Positions 48,445 through 57,300 of a stretch of 64,000 bases of DNA are shown one piece after another (position 1 is the stretch's first letter; each line of letters opens with the position of its first letter). A model generated the notes under the pieces. The model was not told the DNA's origin, searched no databases, and worked only from the letters and a program-made list of their open reading frames with translations. The DNA lies in assembly GCA_001824295.1 (NCBI GenBank), contig MHWY01000002.1, positions 73,354 through 137,353 on the forward strand. The letters are read 5' to 3'. The position numbers and the translations under genes are program-made. The DNA comes from Candidatus Zambryskibacteria bacterium RIFOXYD1_FULL_40_13. Lineage in GTDB: Bacteria; Patescibacteriota; Minisyncoccia; Phycocordibacterales; DATDWN01.

Positions 48445-48717
48445 ATGGCACATAAAAAATCAGCGGGAACAACAAAAAACGGACGAGATTCAAATCCAAA
48501 ATACCTTGGGGTTAAAATTACTGAAGGAGACAAGGCTCAAACTGGTTCAGTTATCATACGCCAAAGAGGCACAGATATTTTGCCTGGAAAGAATGTTGGC
48601 ATGGGTAAAGACCACACACTATTTGCCCTTACAGAAGGAACAGTAAAATTCGGCACCAAAAGAAAGATGCATTTCGACAACAAAGTAATGGTCAAAAAAG
48701 TTGTGCACATCATCTAA
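48445..48717 (+). CDS. rpmA: 50S ribosomal protein L27
   Basis: [29 protein letters not shown]. Confidence 0.97.
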   Translation: MAHKKSAGTTKNGRDSNPKYLGVKITEGDKAQTGSVIIRQRGTDILPGKNVGMGKDHTLFALTEGTVKFGTKRKMHFDNKVMVKKVVHII

Positions 48718-48730
48718 ATAAATTAGACTC

Positions 48731-48766
48731 AAAACAAAACAACCTCGAAAGAGGTTGTTTTGTTTT
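48731..48766. terminator. Bidirectional terminator rpmA/rplI
   Basis: aaaacaaaacaacctc-gaaa-gaggttgttttgtttt. Confidence 0.85.
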
Positions 48767-48781
48767 AACCAAATCTTGGTT

Positions 48782-49225
48782 TTACTTTGCTTCTACAACT
48801 ACTGCAAACTCGGCCCTTTTACCAAGCACTTCAACCGCAACCTTATATTCCCCTATTTCCTTTATTGGTTTCTCTAGAATAATTGATTCTGGATCAAGAT
48901 TGAGTCTCGCAGTTTTTATTATCTCCTCTACCAACCTTTCTTTTGTAATACCCGCAAAGAGATGGCCTTTCTCGTTCGCCTTTTCTTTGAGATTTATTAC
49001 TAGAGTCTTTATCACTTCAAGATTTTTCAAGAGTAATTCCACCTGAATCTTTCTCTCAACCATATCCTTTGATTTCATCAGTTCAATATTTTTTTCGCTC
49101 TGTGAAGTTGCTATTTGAGCCAAACCTTTGGGAATAAGCAGGTTTAATGCGTAACCATCGGCCACATTTTTTATGTCATATTTTTTTCCAACCTTTGGAA
49201 TATCTTTGAGTAATATTATTTTCAT
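48782..49225 (-). CDS. rplI: 50S ribosomal protein L9
   Basis: MKIILLKDIPKVGK, VADGYALNLLIPKG, GHLFAGIT. Confidence 0.95.
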   Translation of the reverse strand: MKIILLKDIPKVGKKYDIKNVADGYALNLLIPKGLAQIATSQSEKNIELMKSKDMVERKIQVELLLKNLEVIKTLVINLKEKANEKGHLFAGITKERLVEEIIKTARLNLDPESIILEKPIKEIGEYKVAVEVLGKRAEFAVVVEAK

Positions 49226-49266
49226 ATGATTCAGAATATACGAATATATAAATTATGCAAACCTGA

Positions 49267-50493
49267 CTATTGATTAAGAATTTCTATGGCTTTGTTTAGC
49301 TGAACATCAACCCCTTTTGCAAATTCCTTTTCATCGAACTTGACTTCGACATCAGGAGTTAAGCCACCGCTAGATATTGAAAGACCGTTGGGTGTAAGCC
49401 ACCTAGCAATAGTGACCTTAAGAGATGTATCAGGCGTTATTTCCACTAATTCCTGGACAGAACCTTTACCGTATGACTGTGAGCCAACGAGTGTTGCCAC
49501 TCCATGTTCATGTAGGGCTCCGGCCAAAATTTCCGAGGCACTTGCCGAACCGCCATCTATAAGTATTGCAAGCCTGAGCTGGTCATTAAAAATATTATAT
49601 CCATGACTCCTAAAGAGTTTGGCATCTTCCTCACTTTTGAAATCTTCTTTGACGATTATTTTTCCAGCAGGAAGAAACCAGGAAGCCATGTCAACTGCTG
49701 CTTCAAGATATCCCCCAGGATTACCACGAAGGTCTATAATGAGTTTGTATTTACCCGACTCAACAAATTTTCTCAATGCTTCTCTGAAAACATCAGGAGA
49801 TGTTGCCGAAAAATTATAGAGTCTAATAATAAAGACTTCACTTTTTACTTCTGTATCTATTGTTGGAATATTTATAATATCCCTAACAACATCTATTATT
49901 AACGGCTCGTCGTGACCTTCACGACCAATCGTTAATTTCACTTTTGTACCCCTCTTCCCTTTGATAAGTTTTATGGATTCAGTTGTACTTAGCCCGTCGG
50001 TAAATGTGTCATCAATTTTTATAATTTTATCACCAGACTTAATACCAGCCCGGTATGCGGGAGTATCCTTAAGTGGAGCAATAACTGTCAGTACTCCTTC
50101 CTTTATACCAACCTCCATACCTACCCCTTCAAAGTTTCCACTTATTTCTTCGCTAAAGCTCTTTGATTCAACCGGAGGAAAGAAAATGGTATATGGGTCG
50201 TCCAAGGACTCCACCATACCCTCTATAGCACCATATACCCTAGCTTGGTCAGTTACCTCTCTAGTTGTAGTGGAATTTGTTGAAACATATTTTTCATTTA
50301 TGACCTGCCAAGCTTTCCAAAATGCATCAAAGTCAACACCTGCTGATACTTCAGAGTCCTTGTTGGATAATGCAACAATTTTATCCTTGTCCGACTGTTC
50401 ATTCTTCCCAGCATAAAAACCAGAGTAAAAAACAGCAAGAAGAACTATCACTACACCAAAAACATATGCTCTGTATTTAAAAAAATTATTCAT
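49267..50493 (-). CDS. C-terminal processing protease (S41, PDZ)
   Basis: DPYT, GVGMEV, DLRGNPGG, SASASEI, GKGSVQ. Confidence 0.93.
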   Translation of the reverse strand: MNNFFKYRAYVFGVVIVLLAVFYSGFYAGKNEQSDKDKIVALSNKDSEVSAGVDFDAFWKAWQVINEKYVSTNSTTTREVTDQARVYGAIEGMVESLDDPYTIFFPPVESKSFSEEISGNFEGVGMEVGIKEGVLTVIAPLKDTPAYRAGIKSGDKIIKIDDTFTDGLSTTESIKLIKGKRGTKVKLTIGREGHDEPLIIDVVRDIINIPTIDTEVKSEVFIIRLYNFSATSPDVFREALRKFVESGKYKLIIDLRGNPGGYLEAAVDMASWFLPAGKIIVKEDFKSEEDAKLFRSHGYNIFNDQLRLAILIDGGSASASEILAGALHEHGVATLVGSQSYGKGSVQELVEITPDTSLKVTIARWLTPNGLSISSGGLTPDVEVKFDEKEFAKGVDVQLNKAIEILNQ

Positions 50494-50559
50494 CTAGTTT
50501 ACCAATTATCTCAAAAAAAAATATTGTGGTCAACCCAAAATTCCGATATACTTTTAGAT

Positions 50560-51966
50560 ATGAACAAGATTTTCTTACACAACACACTTACAGGCAAAAA
50601 GGAGGAATTCAAACCAATTAACCCTGATGAAATCGGTATCTATTCTTGTGGTCCAACGGTTTACTGGAATCAACACATAGGCCATATGTACGCTTATGTT
50701 CAATGGGATTCATTGGTAAGGTCACTAAAGTATCTAGGATATAACACCAAATGGGTTATGAACCTTACAGACGTTGGCCATCTAACGGGAGACAATGAGG
50801 GTGACGCAGACACGGGTGAGGATAGAATGGAAAAAGGTGCAACGAGAGAGGGCCTAAGTGTTTGGGAAATTGCTGACAAATACATAGTCCAATTCCAGGA
50901 AAGTTTAAGAATGCTTAACATTCTTTCACCAGATGTATTGTGTAGAGCTACAGAACATATTCCAGAGCAGATAGAACTCATAAAAAAGATGGAGGAACAC
51001 AATTTTACTTACAAGACCAAAACCGGCCTGGTTTTTGATACTGAGAAATTTCCCAGATATTCTGAATTTGCACACCTTGATTTGGAAAACCAAAACGCGG
51101 GCAGTCGTGTATCTGTGGATGTAGACAAGAAGAAACCTTGGGACTTTCTCTTGTGGATTACGAATCAACCAAACCATATTATGAAATGGGAGTCACCTTG
51201 GGGAGTTGGTTTCCCCGGATGGCATGTAGAATGTACAGCCATGTCAACAAAGTATCTCGGAGAAACATTTGATATCCATACAGGAGGAAAGGAACACATA
51301 CCAATACACCACACAAACGAAATCGCCCAGGGGTTCGGGGCTTTTGGTCACCAAACAGCAAATTACTGGTTGCATAATGAATGGATGCTTTTTGATAATA
51401 AGAAAATCAGCAAAAGTTTAGGAAATTCTATCCTAGTTAGTGACCTACAGGAAAAGGGATTCTCTCCCCTCTCACTTCGTTATCTTATACTAACCACTCA
51501 TTATAAAACCGGACTTAATTTCACCTGGGAGAGTCTCTCTGCAGTTGAAACAGCATACAGCAAACTTCTGGAGAATATTGCTAATTTGAAAAAGGAGGTT
51601 ACTAACGCCGATGTAAGTGATAAAACGATACTAGAGAAATATCAGGGTGAATTTAGAGAATGTCTAGCTGACGACCTCAATTTTGCTAAATCTATTGGAC
51701 TTCTATGGCAGATATTGAAATCAACCGAAATTGATTCAAAAACAAAACTGGATTTGGTTTTGGATTTTGACAAAGTGCTTGGTTTGAATTTGGATAATAC
51801 AGATGCCTTTGTAATACCTGAAAACATTCAGAAGCTTATTGACGAACGCGATAAAGCACGGGCAAATAAGGACTTCCAAAGCAGTGACAAAATCAGACAA
51901 GATATTGAATCTCAGGGCTTTAATGTGAGAGATACTGATAAAGGAACTACGGTGACTCCTCGTTAG
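50560..51966 (+). CDS. cysS: Cysteine--tRNA ligase
   Basis: CGPTVY, HIGH, GFPGWHVEC, KISKS. Confidence 0.96.
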   Translation: MNKIFLHNTLTGKKEEFKPINPDEIGIYSCGPTVYWNQHIGHMYAYVQWDSLVRSLKYLGYNTKWVMNLTDVGHLTGDNEGDADTGEDRMEKGATREGLSVWEIADKYIVQFQESLRMLNILSPDVLCRATEHIPEQIELIKKMEEHNFTYKTKTGLVFDTEKFPRYSEFAHLDLENQNAGSRVSVDVDKKKPWDFLLWITNQPNHIMKWESPWGVGFPGWHVECTAMSTKYLGETFDIHTGGKEHIPIHHTNEIAQGFGAFGHQTANYWLHNEWMLFDNKKISKSLGNSILVSDLQEKGFSPLSLRYLILTTHYKTGLNFTWESLSAVETAYSKLLENIANLKKEVTNADVSDKTILEKYQGEFRECLADDLNFAKSIGLLWQILKSTEIDSKTKLDLVLDFDKVLGLNLDNTDAFVIPENIQKLIDERDKARANKDFQSSDKIRQDIESQGFNVRDTDKGTTVTPR

Positions 51967-52036
51967 ACACAACTTGCCCACAGGTTAAACACAATTACAA
52001 TATTTGCATGTATTTTTTACATGATAGAATATCTGC

Positions 52037-53434
52037 ATGGCACAAGCTCAAACCGTTATTACCCAAACAGTAACAAACAGACTAAGAATCCCTCCACAAA
52101 GTCTTGAGGCAGAGATGGCTCTACTTGGTTCAATAATGCTTCGCCCTGAAGCTCTCTTTGATATTATGGAAGTGGTTATTCCAGATTCCTTCTACTCGGA
52201 AAAACACCGAGTTATTTTTGAAACAATGTTGGAATTATTTACCAAGCGTTCCCCTATTGACTTACTATCTGTATCCACCAAACTCAAGGAAAAAGGTTGG
52301 CTAGACCAAATCGGCGGAAATACTTATTTAACTGAACTTGTAAATGTCGTTCCATCTTCGGCCAATGTAGGATACTACGCAGAAATTGTTCAAAAAAAAT
52401 ATATGATGCGCAGACTCATAGAAGCATCTGACCATATTTCCCAAATCGGATATGATGAGAACAAAGAGTTAATTGAAATGCTTGATGTTGCAGAAAAAAA
52501 ACTTTTTGATGTAACTCAATCTCATGCATCTCACAAATTTGTCTCGCTCAAGGATGAACTAACTGAAGCCTGGGACAGACTAGATAAACTGCACACGGAA
52601 GGACAAGGCATTCGTGGAATACCAACAGGTTTTGCTGACTTGGATTTCAAACTTGCCGGTTTTCAAAAGTCAGACCTTATTATTCTAGCTGCTAGACCAT
52701 CAATGGGTAAGACGGCTCTTGCCCTAGATATTGCCAGACAAACTGCAGTCAATCATGGAACTTCGGTTGGAATATTTTCTCTTGAAATGTCCTCTCAACA
52801 GCTTGTAGATAGAATGCTGGCTGCCCAGTCAAATGTTGACGCATGGAAAATGCGAACAGGTAAACTCTCAAGGCAAGATGATTTTGAATCAATCCGCAAT
52901 GGTCTGGATTTGCTCAGCAAAGCCCCAATATATATTGACGACCAGCCCGGAAACAATATCTTGAAAATGCGTTCAATTGCCAGAAGACTAAAGAGTGAGA
53001 AAGGTTTAGGACTTATAGTGGTTGACTATCTACAGCTTATGGTACCGACAAACACTAAGACAGATAACTTGGTACAACAAACCACAGAAATATCTAGGTC
53101 ACTCAAAAACTTGGCCCGCGAGCTCGATGTCCCCGTGCTTGCTCTTTCACAGCTTTCTCGTGCCGTAGAGGCCCGTGGAGGCCGTCCACGCCTCTCTGAC
53201 CTCAGGGATTCAGGTTCTATTGAGCAGGACGCAGATGTTGTTATGTTCATTCACCGAGAGGACAAGTACAAAGATGAATCAGAAAAAACAAACATTGCTG
53301 AAATTTTGATAGAAAAGCACAGAAACGGTGAGACAGGCAAAGTTGATTTATTTTTCAACGAAAAAAAGGCAACATTTCAGTCAATGGATAAGTCGCAATA
53401 TGGAGGAGTTGAGAAAGAGTTTTCAGATTTCTAA
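52037..53434 (+). CDS. dnaB: Replicative DNA helicase
   Basis: ARPSMGKT, SLEM, VDYLQL, LRDSGSIEQDAD. Confidence 0.98.
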   Translation: MAQAQTVITQTVTNRLRIPPQSLEAEMALLGSIMLRPEALFDIMEVVIPDSFYSEKHRVIFETMLELFTKRSPIDLLSVSTKLKEKGWLDQIGGNTYLTELVNVVPSSANVGYYAEIVQKKYMMRRLIEASDHISQIGYDENKELIEMLDVAEKKLFDVTQSHASHKFVSLKDELTEAWDRLDKLHTEGQGIRGIPTGFADLDFKLAGFQKSDLIILAARPSMGKTALALDIARQTAVNHGTSVGIFSLEMSSQQLVDRMLAAQSNVDAWKMRTGKLSRQDDFESIRNGLDLLSKAPIYIDDQPGNNILKMRSIARRLKSEKGLGLIVVDYLQLMVPTNTKTDNLVQQTTEISRSLKNLARELDVPVLALSQLSRAVEARGGRPRLSDLRDSGSIEQDADVVMFIHREDKYKDESEKTNIAEILIEKHRNGETGKVDLFFNEKKATFQSMDKSQYGGVEKEFSDF

Positions 53435-53468
53435 TATACGAAAATAGAAATCTACGAATAATTAACGA

Positions 53469-53849
53469 ATGTATACGAAAAATAAAGTTAGCGAAAAGGT
53501 TTTTTTTCCTGAGCTATCTTACATGCTCAGTGGTATATTTTTTAGTGTTCACAATGAGCTTGGCTGTTTTGCCAGGGAAAAACAATATGGAGATTTAATA
53601 GAAATAAAGTTAAATGAATCAAAAATTAAATACGAGCGTGAGGTAAATATAAGTAACAGTGGTAATGTTCTTGATTTTGTTATTGATGGTAAAATAATAT
53701 TGGAATTGAAATCAACAAGAAGAATTATCAGTGAACACTTTCGCCAAATACAAAACTATTTGCAACAAGCCAATATTGAACTTGGAATTTTGGTCAATTT
53801 CAGATATAAATACATTAAACCAATTAGAATTATTCGTATACATTCGTAA
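53469..53849 (+). CDS. GxxExxY family protein (PD-(D/E)xK-like)
   Basis: VHNELGCFAREKQY, DFVID, ELKS, QIQNYL, GILVNF. Confidence 0.88.
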   Translation: MYTKNKVSEKVFFPELSYMLSGIFFSVHNELGCFAREKQYGDLIEIKLNESKIKYEREVNISNSGNVLDFVIDGKIILELKSTRRIISEHFRQIQNYLQQANIELGILVNFRYKYIKPIRIIRIHS

Positions 53850-53878
53850 CCATTTTGACTTAATTTTCGTATCTTACT

Positions 53879-54490
53879 ATGGATAACACTGAAAAACTAA
53901 TAGAGCTTTTTAAGGAATTTCCTGGAATCGGACCAAGACAAGCAAAAAGGTTTGTCTACTTTCTGCTTAACCGAAACCCTGGGTATGCAAGTGACCTGGC
54001 CAAACTCATGACAGAAGTCAGGGCTACGGTACATTCATGTGATACCTGTTTTAGATTCTTTCCAAATACCACAAACACCACCTGTTCTGTTTGCAGAGAC
54101 AACACTCGTGACAAGAAACTCCTTATGGTTGTCTCACATGATGTTGATTTTGAAAACATTGAGAAAACACATTTCTATAATGGCTACTATTTTATTCTCG
54201 GTGGAGCGGTGCCCATACTAGAAAAAACACCAGAAAAAAGAATCCGCCAAGATGATTTGGTCAAAACTATTGAAATGAAAGCAAAAAGTGGTTTAGCAGA
54301 AATCATTATGGCACTAAACTATAATCCCGAAGGAGAAAACACACTGACCTACCTCTCTCAGATACTTAAACCCATAGCTGAAAAAAATAATATAAAAATA
54401 TCAACTCTTGGCCGAGGACTTTCTACTGGCACGGAACTTGAATACTCGGATTCAGACACAATCAAAAACGCACTAAAAAACAGACAATAA
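53879..54490 (+). CDS. recR: Recombination protein RecR
   Basis: PGIGPRQAKR, C4 zinc finger, TOPRIM, GTELEYSD. Confidence 0.93.
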   Translation: MDNTEKLIELFKEFPGIGPRQAKRFVYFLLNRNPGYASDLAKLMTEVRATVHSCDTCFRFFPNTTNTTCSVCRDNTRDKKLLMVVSHDVDFENIEKTHFYNGYYFILGGAVPILEKTPEKRIRQDDLVKTIEMKAKSGLAEIIMALNYNPEGENTLTYLSQILKPIAEKNNIKISTLGRGLSTGTELEYSDSDTIKNALKNRQ

Positions 54491-54518
54491 AAACAACCTC
54501 CGAGTGGAGGTTGTTTTA
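54490..54518. terminator. Bidirectional terminator recR/rplU
   Basis: aaaacaacctcc-gagt-ggaggttgtttt. Confidence 0.85.
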
Positions 54519-54519
54519 T

Positions 54520-54837
54520 TTATTTTATTGTATCAATTTTTACTTTAAACCAAGGCTGTCTGTGTCCGTTCTTTTTGAAATATCTGCTTTTTTGTTTGTA
54601 TTTAACTACATCCACGGTCTTGTTTCTGCCAATCTCTGCAAGAGTTGCTTCCACCTTGGCAGTAGCTATGTATGGAGTTCCGATTTTTGTATCCTTACCA
54701 TCTTCCACAAGTAAAACCTCGTTAAAGGTTATCTTGTCTCCGACTTTAAAATCTCCCTTGAATTTCTCAATCTTAACAACATCTCCTTTGGAGACCTTGT
54801 ACTGCTTTCCACCTGTTTTTATGATAGCAAATTCCAT
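54520..54837 (-). CDS. rplU: 50S ribosomal protein L21
   Basis: AIIKTGGKQYKV, GHRQ. Confidence 0.96.
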   Translation of the reverse strand: MEFAIIKTGGKQYKVSKGDVVKIEKFKGDFKVGDKITFNEVLLVEDGKDTKIGTPYIATAKVEATLAEIGRNKTVDVVKYKQKSRYFKKNGHRQPWFKVKIDTIK

Positions 54838-54946
54838 ATATTTAAGTCCTAGTAATATACACAAAATAGCCTAACTTTGCAAGTATTATAGAGAAACCCC
54901 GCACCAAGGCTTTTGGCACGGGGGTCCGTTAGTTACCGACTGATGC

Positions 54947-55159
54947 TCAGATCCTAGCGATCCTCGCATCGATGGCGTCAATCTTGTCCAAATAGTGGGC
55001 CCTGTAGAAACGAGCCATATCGACACCCTCTAGGTCGTCCTCCTTCCGAGCTTCCCTCTCAGCAATGCGCCAGTATACCGCATCTTCTCGGGCTAGCTGT
55101 CGACGCCAGCGGTACCATGCACGAAGAACACTTCTTTTGACCCAGGCAATGGTCCTCAT
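54947..55159 (-). CDS. Arg-rich hypothetical protein, 70 aa (GC-rich cassette)
   Basis: SD AGGGAGG, upstream TTGACA, downstream hairpin about 54896-54924 pairing via G-U on the minus strand. Confidence 0.72.
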   Translation of the reverse strand: MRTIAWVKRSVLRAWYRWRRQLAREDAVYWRIAEREARKEDDLEGVDMARFYRAHYLDKIDAIDARIARI

Positions 55160-55208
55160 CGGAAATCCCTCCCTATCAGTATTTAATACTAATTTTGGTA
55201 TTTGTCAA

Positions 55209-56246
55209 CTATTCCTCTACTTCCGGTTTATCCAACAATGTTGGTTCAAAATCTATTGAGTTACCGGTGATACGAACAACATCCTTATCTATCTTTTTGA
55301 ACTCCTTGCTTGAACTATTGAAATGGTTTACAACCGTTCCAAGCGCTGACCCAAGTTTACTATGATAATCCTCGTACTTCTTCAGGTGAGTTCCTATCTC
55401 CCCCACCCTTTTTATAATATCCTTTGTTGTCTCTTCTATCTGCATGGCCTTAAGACCCTGCAAAACAGTTTGGAGGTAGGCCAAGAAGGAGGTTGGCGAA
55501 ACAATAATCACCTTGTATTTCCCCGCTGCCCGCTGAATAAGGTTCTCTGTGTCTTCCGTCACTGCTCCTATTTTATTTATAAGCAAATCATAGTAAATTG
55601 CCTCATGTGGAATAAACATGAAAGCAAATTCCATCGTACCTTCATTTGGACGAATATATTTTGCTGTTTCTGTAATACGAAGCTTCAGGTCATTTACAAA
55701 AAGTTTTTCCAATCTATCCTTTTCACTCTGGTCTGTTGTCCCTATCATTCTGTTATAGTTTTCCAGTGAAAACTTTGAGTCAATGGGTATAATCTTATCC
55801 TTAACAAAAACTACTGCATCCACTATTTCCCCGTTGCTAAACGCGTACTGCATTTGGTACTGACCAGGAGGCATTATATTTTTTAGAAGTGTTTCAAGGT
55901 AGTACTCTCCGAGAATTCCCCTCTGTTTTGGATTCTTCAAAATATCTTGAAGGTTCTGAAGTTGGTCGGCAAAAGAAACCACCTGGCGATTAGTCTCGTC
56001 TAGTTTTGTCAGCCCTTTTGTCACCTCACGAATAAGATTTGCGGACTCTCCGAGCTGTGACCTTACCGACTCATTCATGTGTCTTGTACTTTCACCGATT
56101 TTGGAATCAACAGTTCTGTTAAGTTCGTTTATTTGTTGGAGTATTAGTTTAAGTCCTGTTTCATCTGTGGATGATTTTGGTTTCAAGAAATAGACGGCAA
56201 GACCACCGAGGGCAAGTCCAATCAAAATGTACAGTAATATTTCCAT
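55209..56246 (-). CDS. rmuC: DNA recombination protein RmuC
   Basis: KQRGILGEYYL, PIDSKF, FMFIPHE, VSPT. Confidence 0.93.
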   Translation of the reverse strand: MEILLYILIGLALGGLAVYFLKPKSSTDETGLKLILQQINELNRTVDSKIGESTRHMNESVRSQLGESANLIREVTKGLTKLDETNRQVVSFADQLQNLQDILKNPKQRGILGEYYLETLLKNIMPPGQYQMQYAFSNGEIVDAVVFVKDKIIPIDSKFSLENYNRMIGTTDQSEKDRLEKLFVNDLKLRITETAKYIRPNEGTMEFAFMFIPHEAIYYDLLINKIGAVTEDTENLIQRAAGKYKVIIVSPTSFLAYLQTVLQGLKAMQIEETTKDIIKRVGEIGTHLKKYEDYHSKLGSALGTVVNHFNSSSKEFKKIDKDVVRITGNSIDFEPTLLDKPEVEE

Positions 56247-56341
56247 ACAAACATTATACTAAATATAGATAAAATGTGATAATATTTTCATTGTACCCAC
56301 TTTATAAACTTTAAGACTTTCAACTTTCTAACTATATTTTT

Positions 56342-56797
56342 ATGACTCTACATCAAACACTTAAGGAACAAATAAAGGAAGCAATGAAAGCCCACGAAGC
56401 CACTCGTCTCAGTGTCTTGAGAGGCCTAGTTTCAAGCTGTACAAACGAGCTTGTGGCCATGAAAAAACTACCCACAGATGAGCTCACAGATGATGAAGTT
56501 CTAAATGTTATCAGGCGAGCAGTAAAACAGAGAAAAGACTCAATCGAACAGTTTACAAAAGGCAACCGTGAGGACTTAGCAACAAGCGAAAAAGCAGAGC
56601 TTCTTATCCTAGAAAGGTATCTCCCACAGATGATGTCTGAAGATGAGGTTATGACTTTTGCAAAGAACAAAATGATAGAGCTTGGGGATATAGATAAATC
56701 TAAATCTGGTATGTTTGTGGGCATTCTCATGAAGGAACTCAAAGGAAAAGCAGACGGAGACACCGTTAAAGCTGTAGTTGATAAGCTATCAAGCTAA
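56342..56797 (+). CDS. GatB/YqeY domain protein
   Basis: KQRKDSIEQF...REDL...E...YLP; GKADG. Confidence 0.92.
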   Translation: MTLHQTLKEQIKEAMKAHEATRLSVLRGLVSSCTNELVAMKKLPTDELTDDEVLNVIRRAVKQRKDSIEQFTKGNREDLATSEKAELLILERYLPQMMSEDEVMTFAKNKMIELGDIDKSKSGMFVGILMKELKGKADGDTVKAVVDKLSS

Positions 56798-56926
56798 CAG
56801 GTCGACAAAACCACACTACACTGGGTAACCCTATGTAATGTGGTTTTTGTTGACAATAAGTGGATATCGAGCATTGACAAATGCGTATTTAACATAGTAT
56901 AATACTGACAGAGAAAGGGGCACCCC

Positions 56927-57181
56927 ATGATACCGAGAAGGATTATGGAGCGGATGATTGAGAAGGCTCGAGTCCGCTACGCAAAGGAAATGGCGGCCTA
57001 CAAAGGCGGGCTAGTGAGAAAGCCACCAAGCTTCCAGAGCATTAAGTTCGCGATCCTCCTTGAGGAGGGATACGACCTCATGGAGTCACCCAATGCCATG
57101 GCAGAGCTCACTTCTGCCTACAATCGGGAACGGGAACGAAGAAAGGCTCTGTGGAGAGAAAGAATCTCCAGGGGTGCCTAG
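56927..57181 (+). CDS. Hypothetical protein, 84 aa (GC-rich cassette)
   Basis: TTGACA-18-TATAAT (56874-56903), SD AAAGGGG, hairpin 57191-57216. Confidence 0.75.
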   Translation: MIPRRIMERMIEKARVRYAKEMAAYKGGLVRKPPSFQSIKFAILLEEGYDLMESPNAMAELTSAYNRERERRKALWRERISRGA

Positions 57182-57232
57182 CACACCACAAGGGGCGACC
57201 ATCGCAGGTCGCCCTTAAACACCTCTACTTTT

Positions 57233-57300
57233 CCCGGTAGTAGATTTTGCCATTGCTCTTTCAGAGCGGGCAAAGCCCAATGTCAAAATTCACTACCGGG
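57233..57300. repeat. Palindromic element, CCCGGTAG family, copy 3 (supplies the ATPase stop codon)
   Basis: cccggtagtagattttgccat...atgtcaaaattcactaccggg. Confidence 0.88.
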
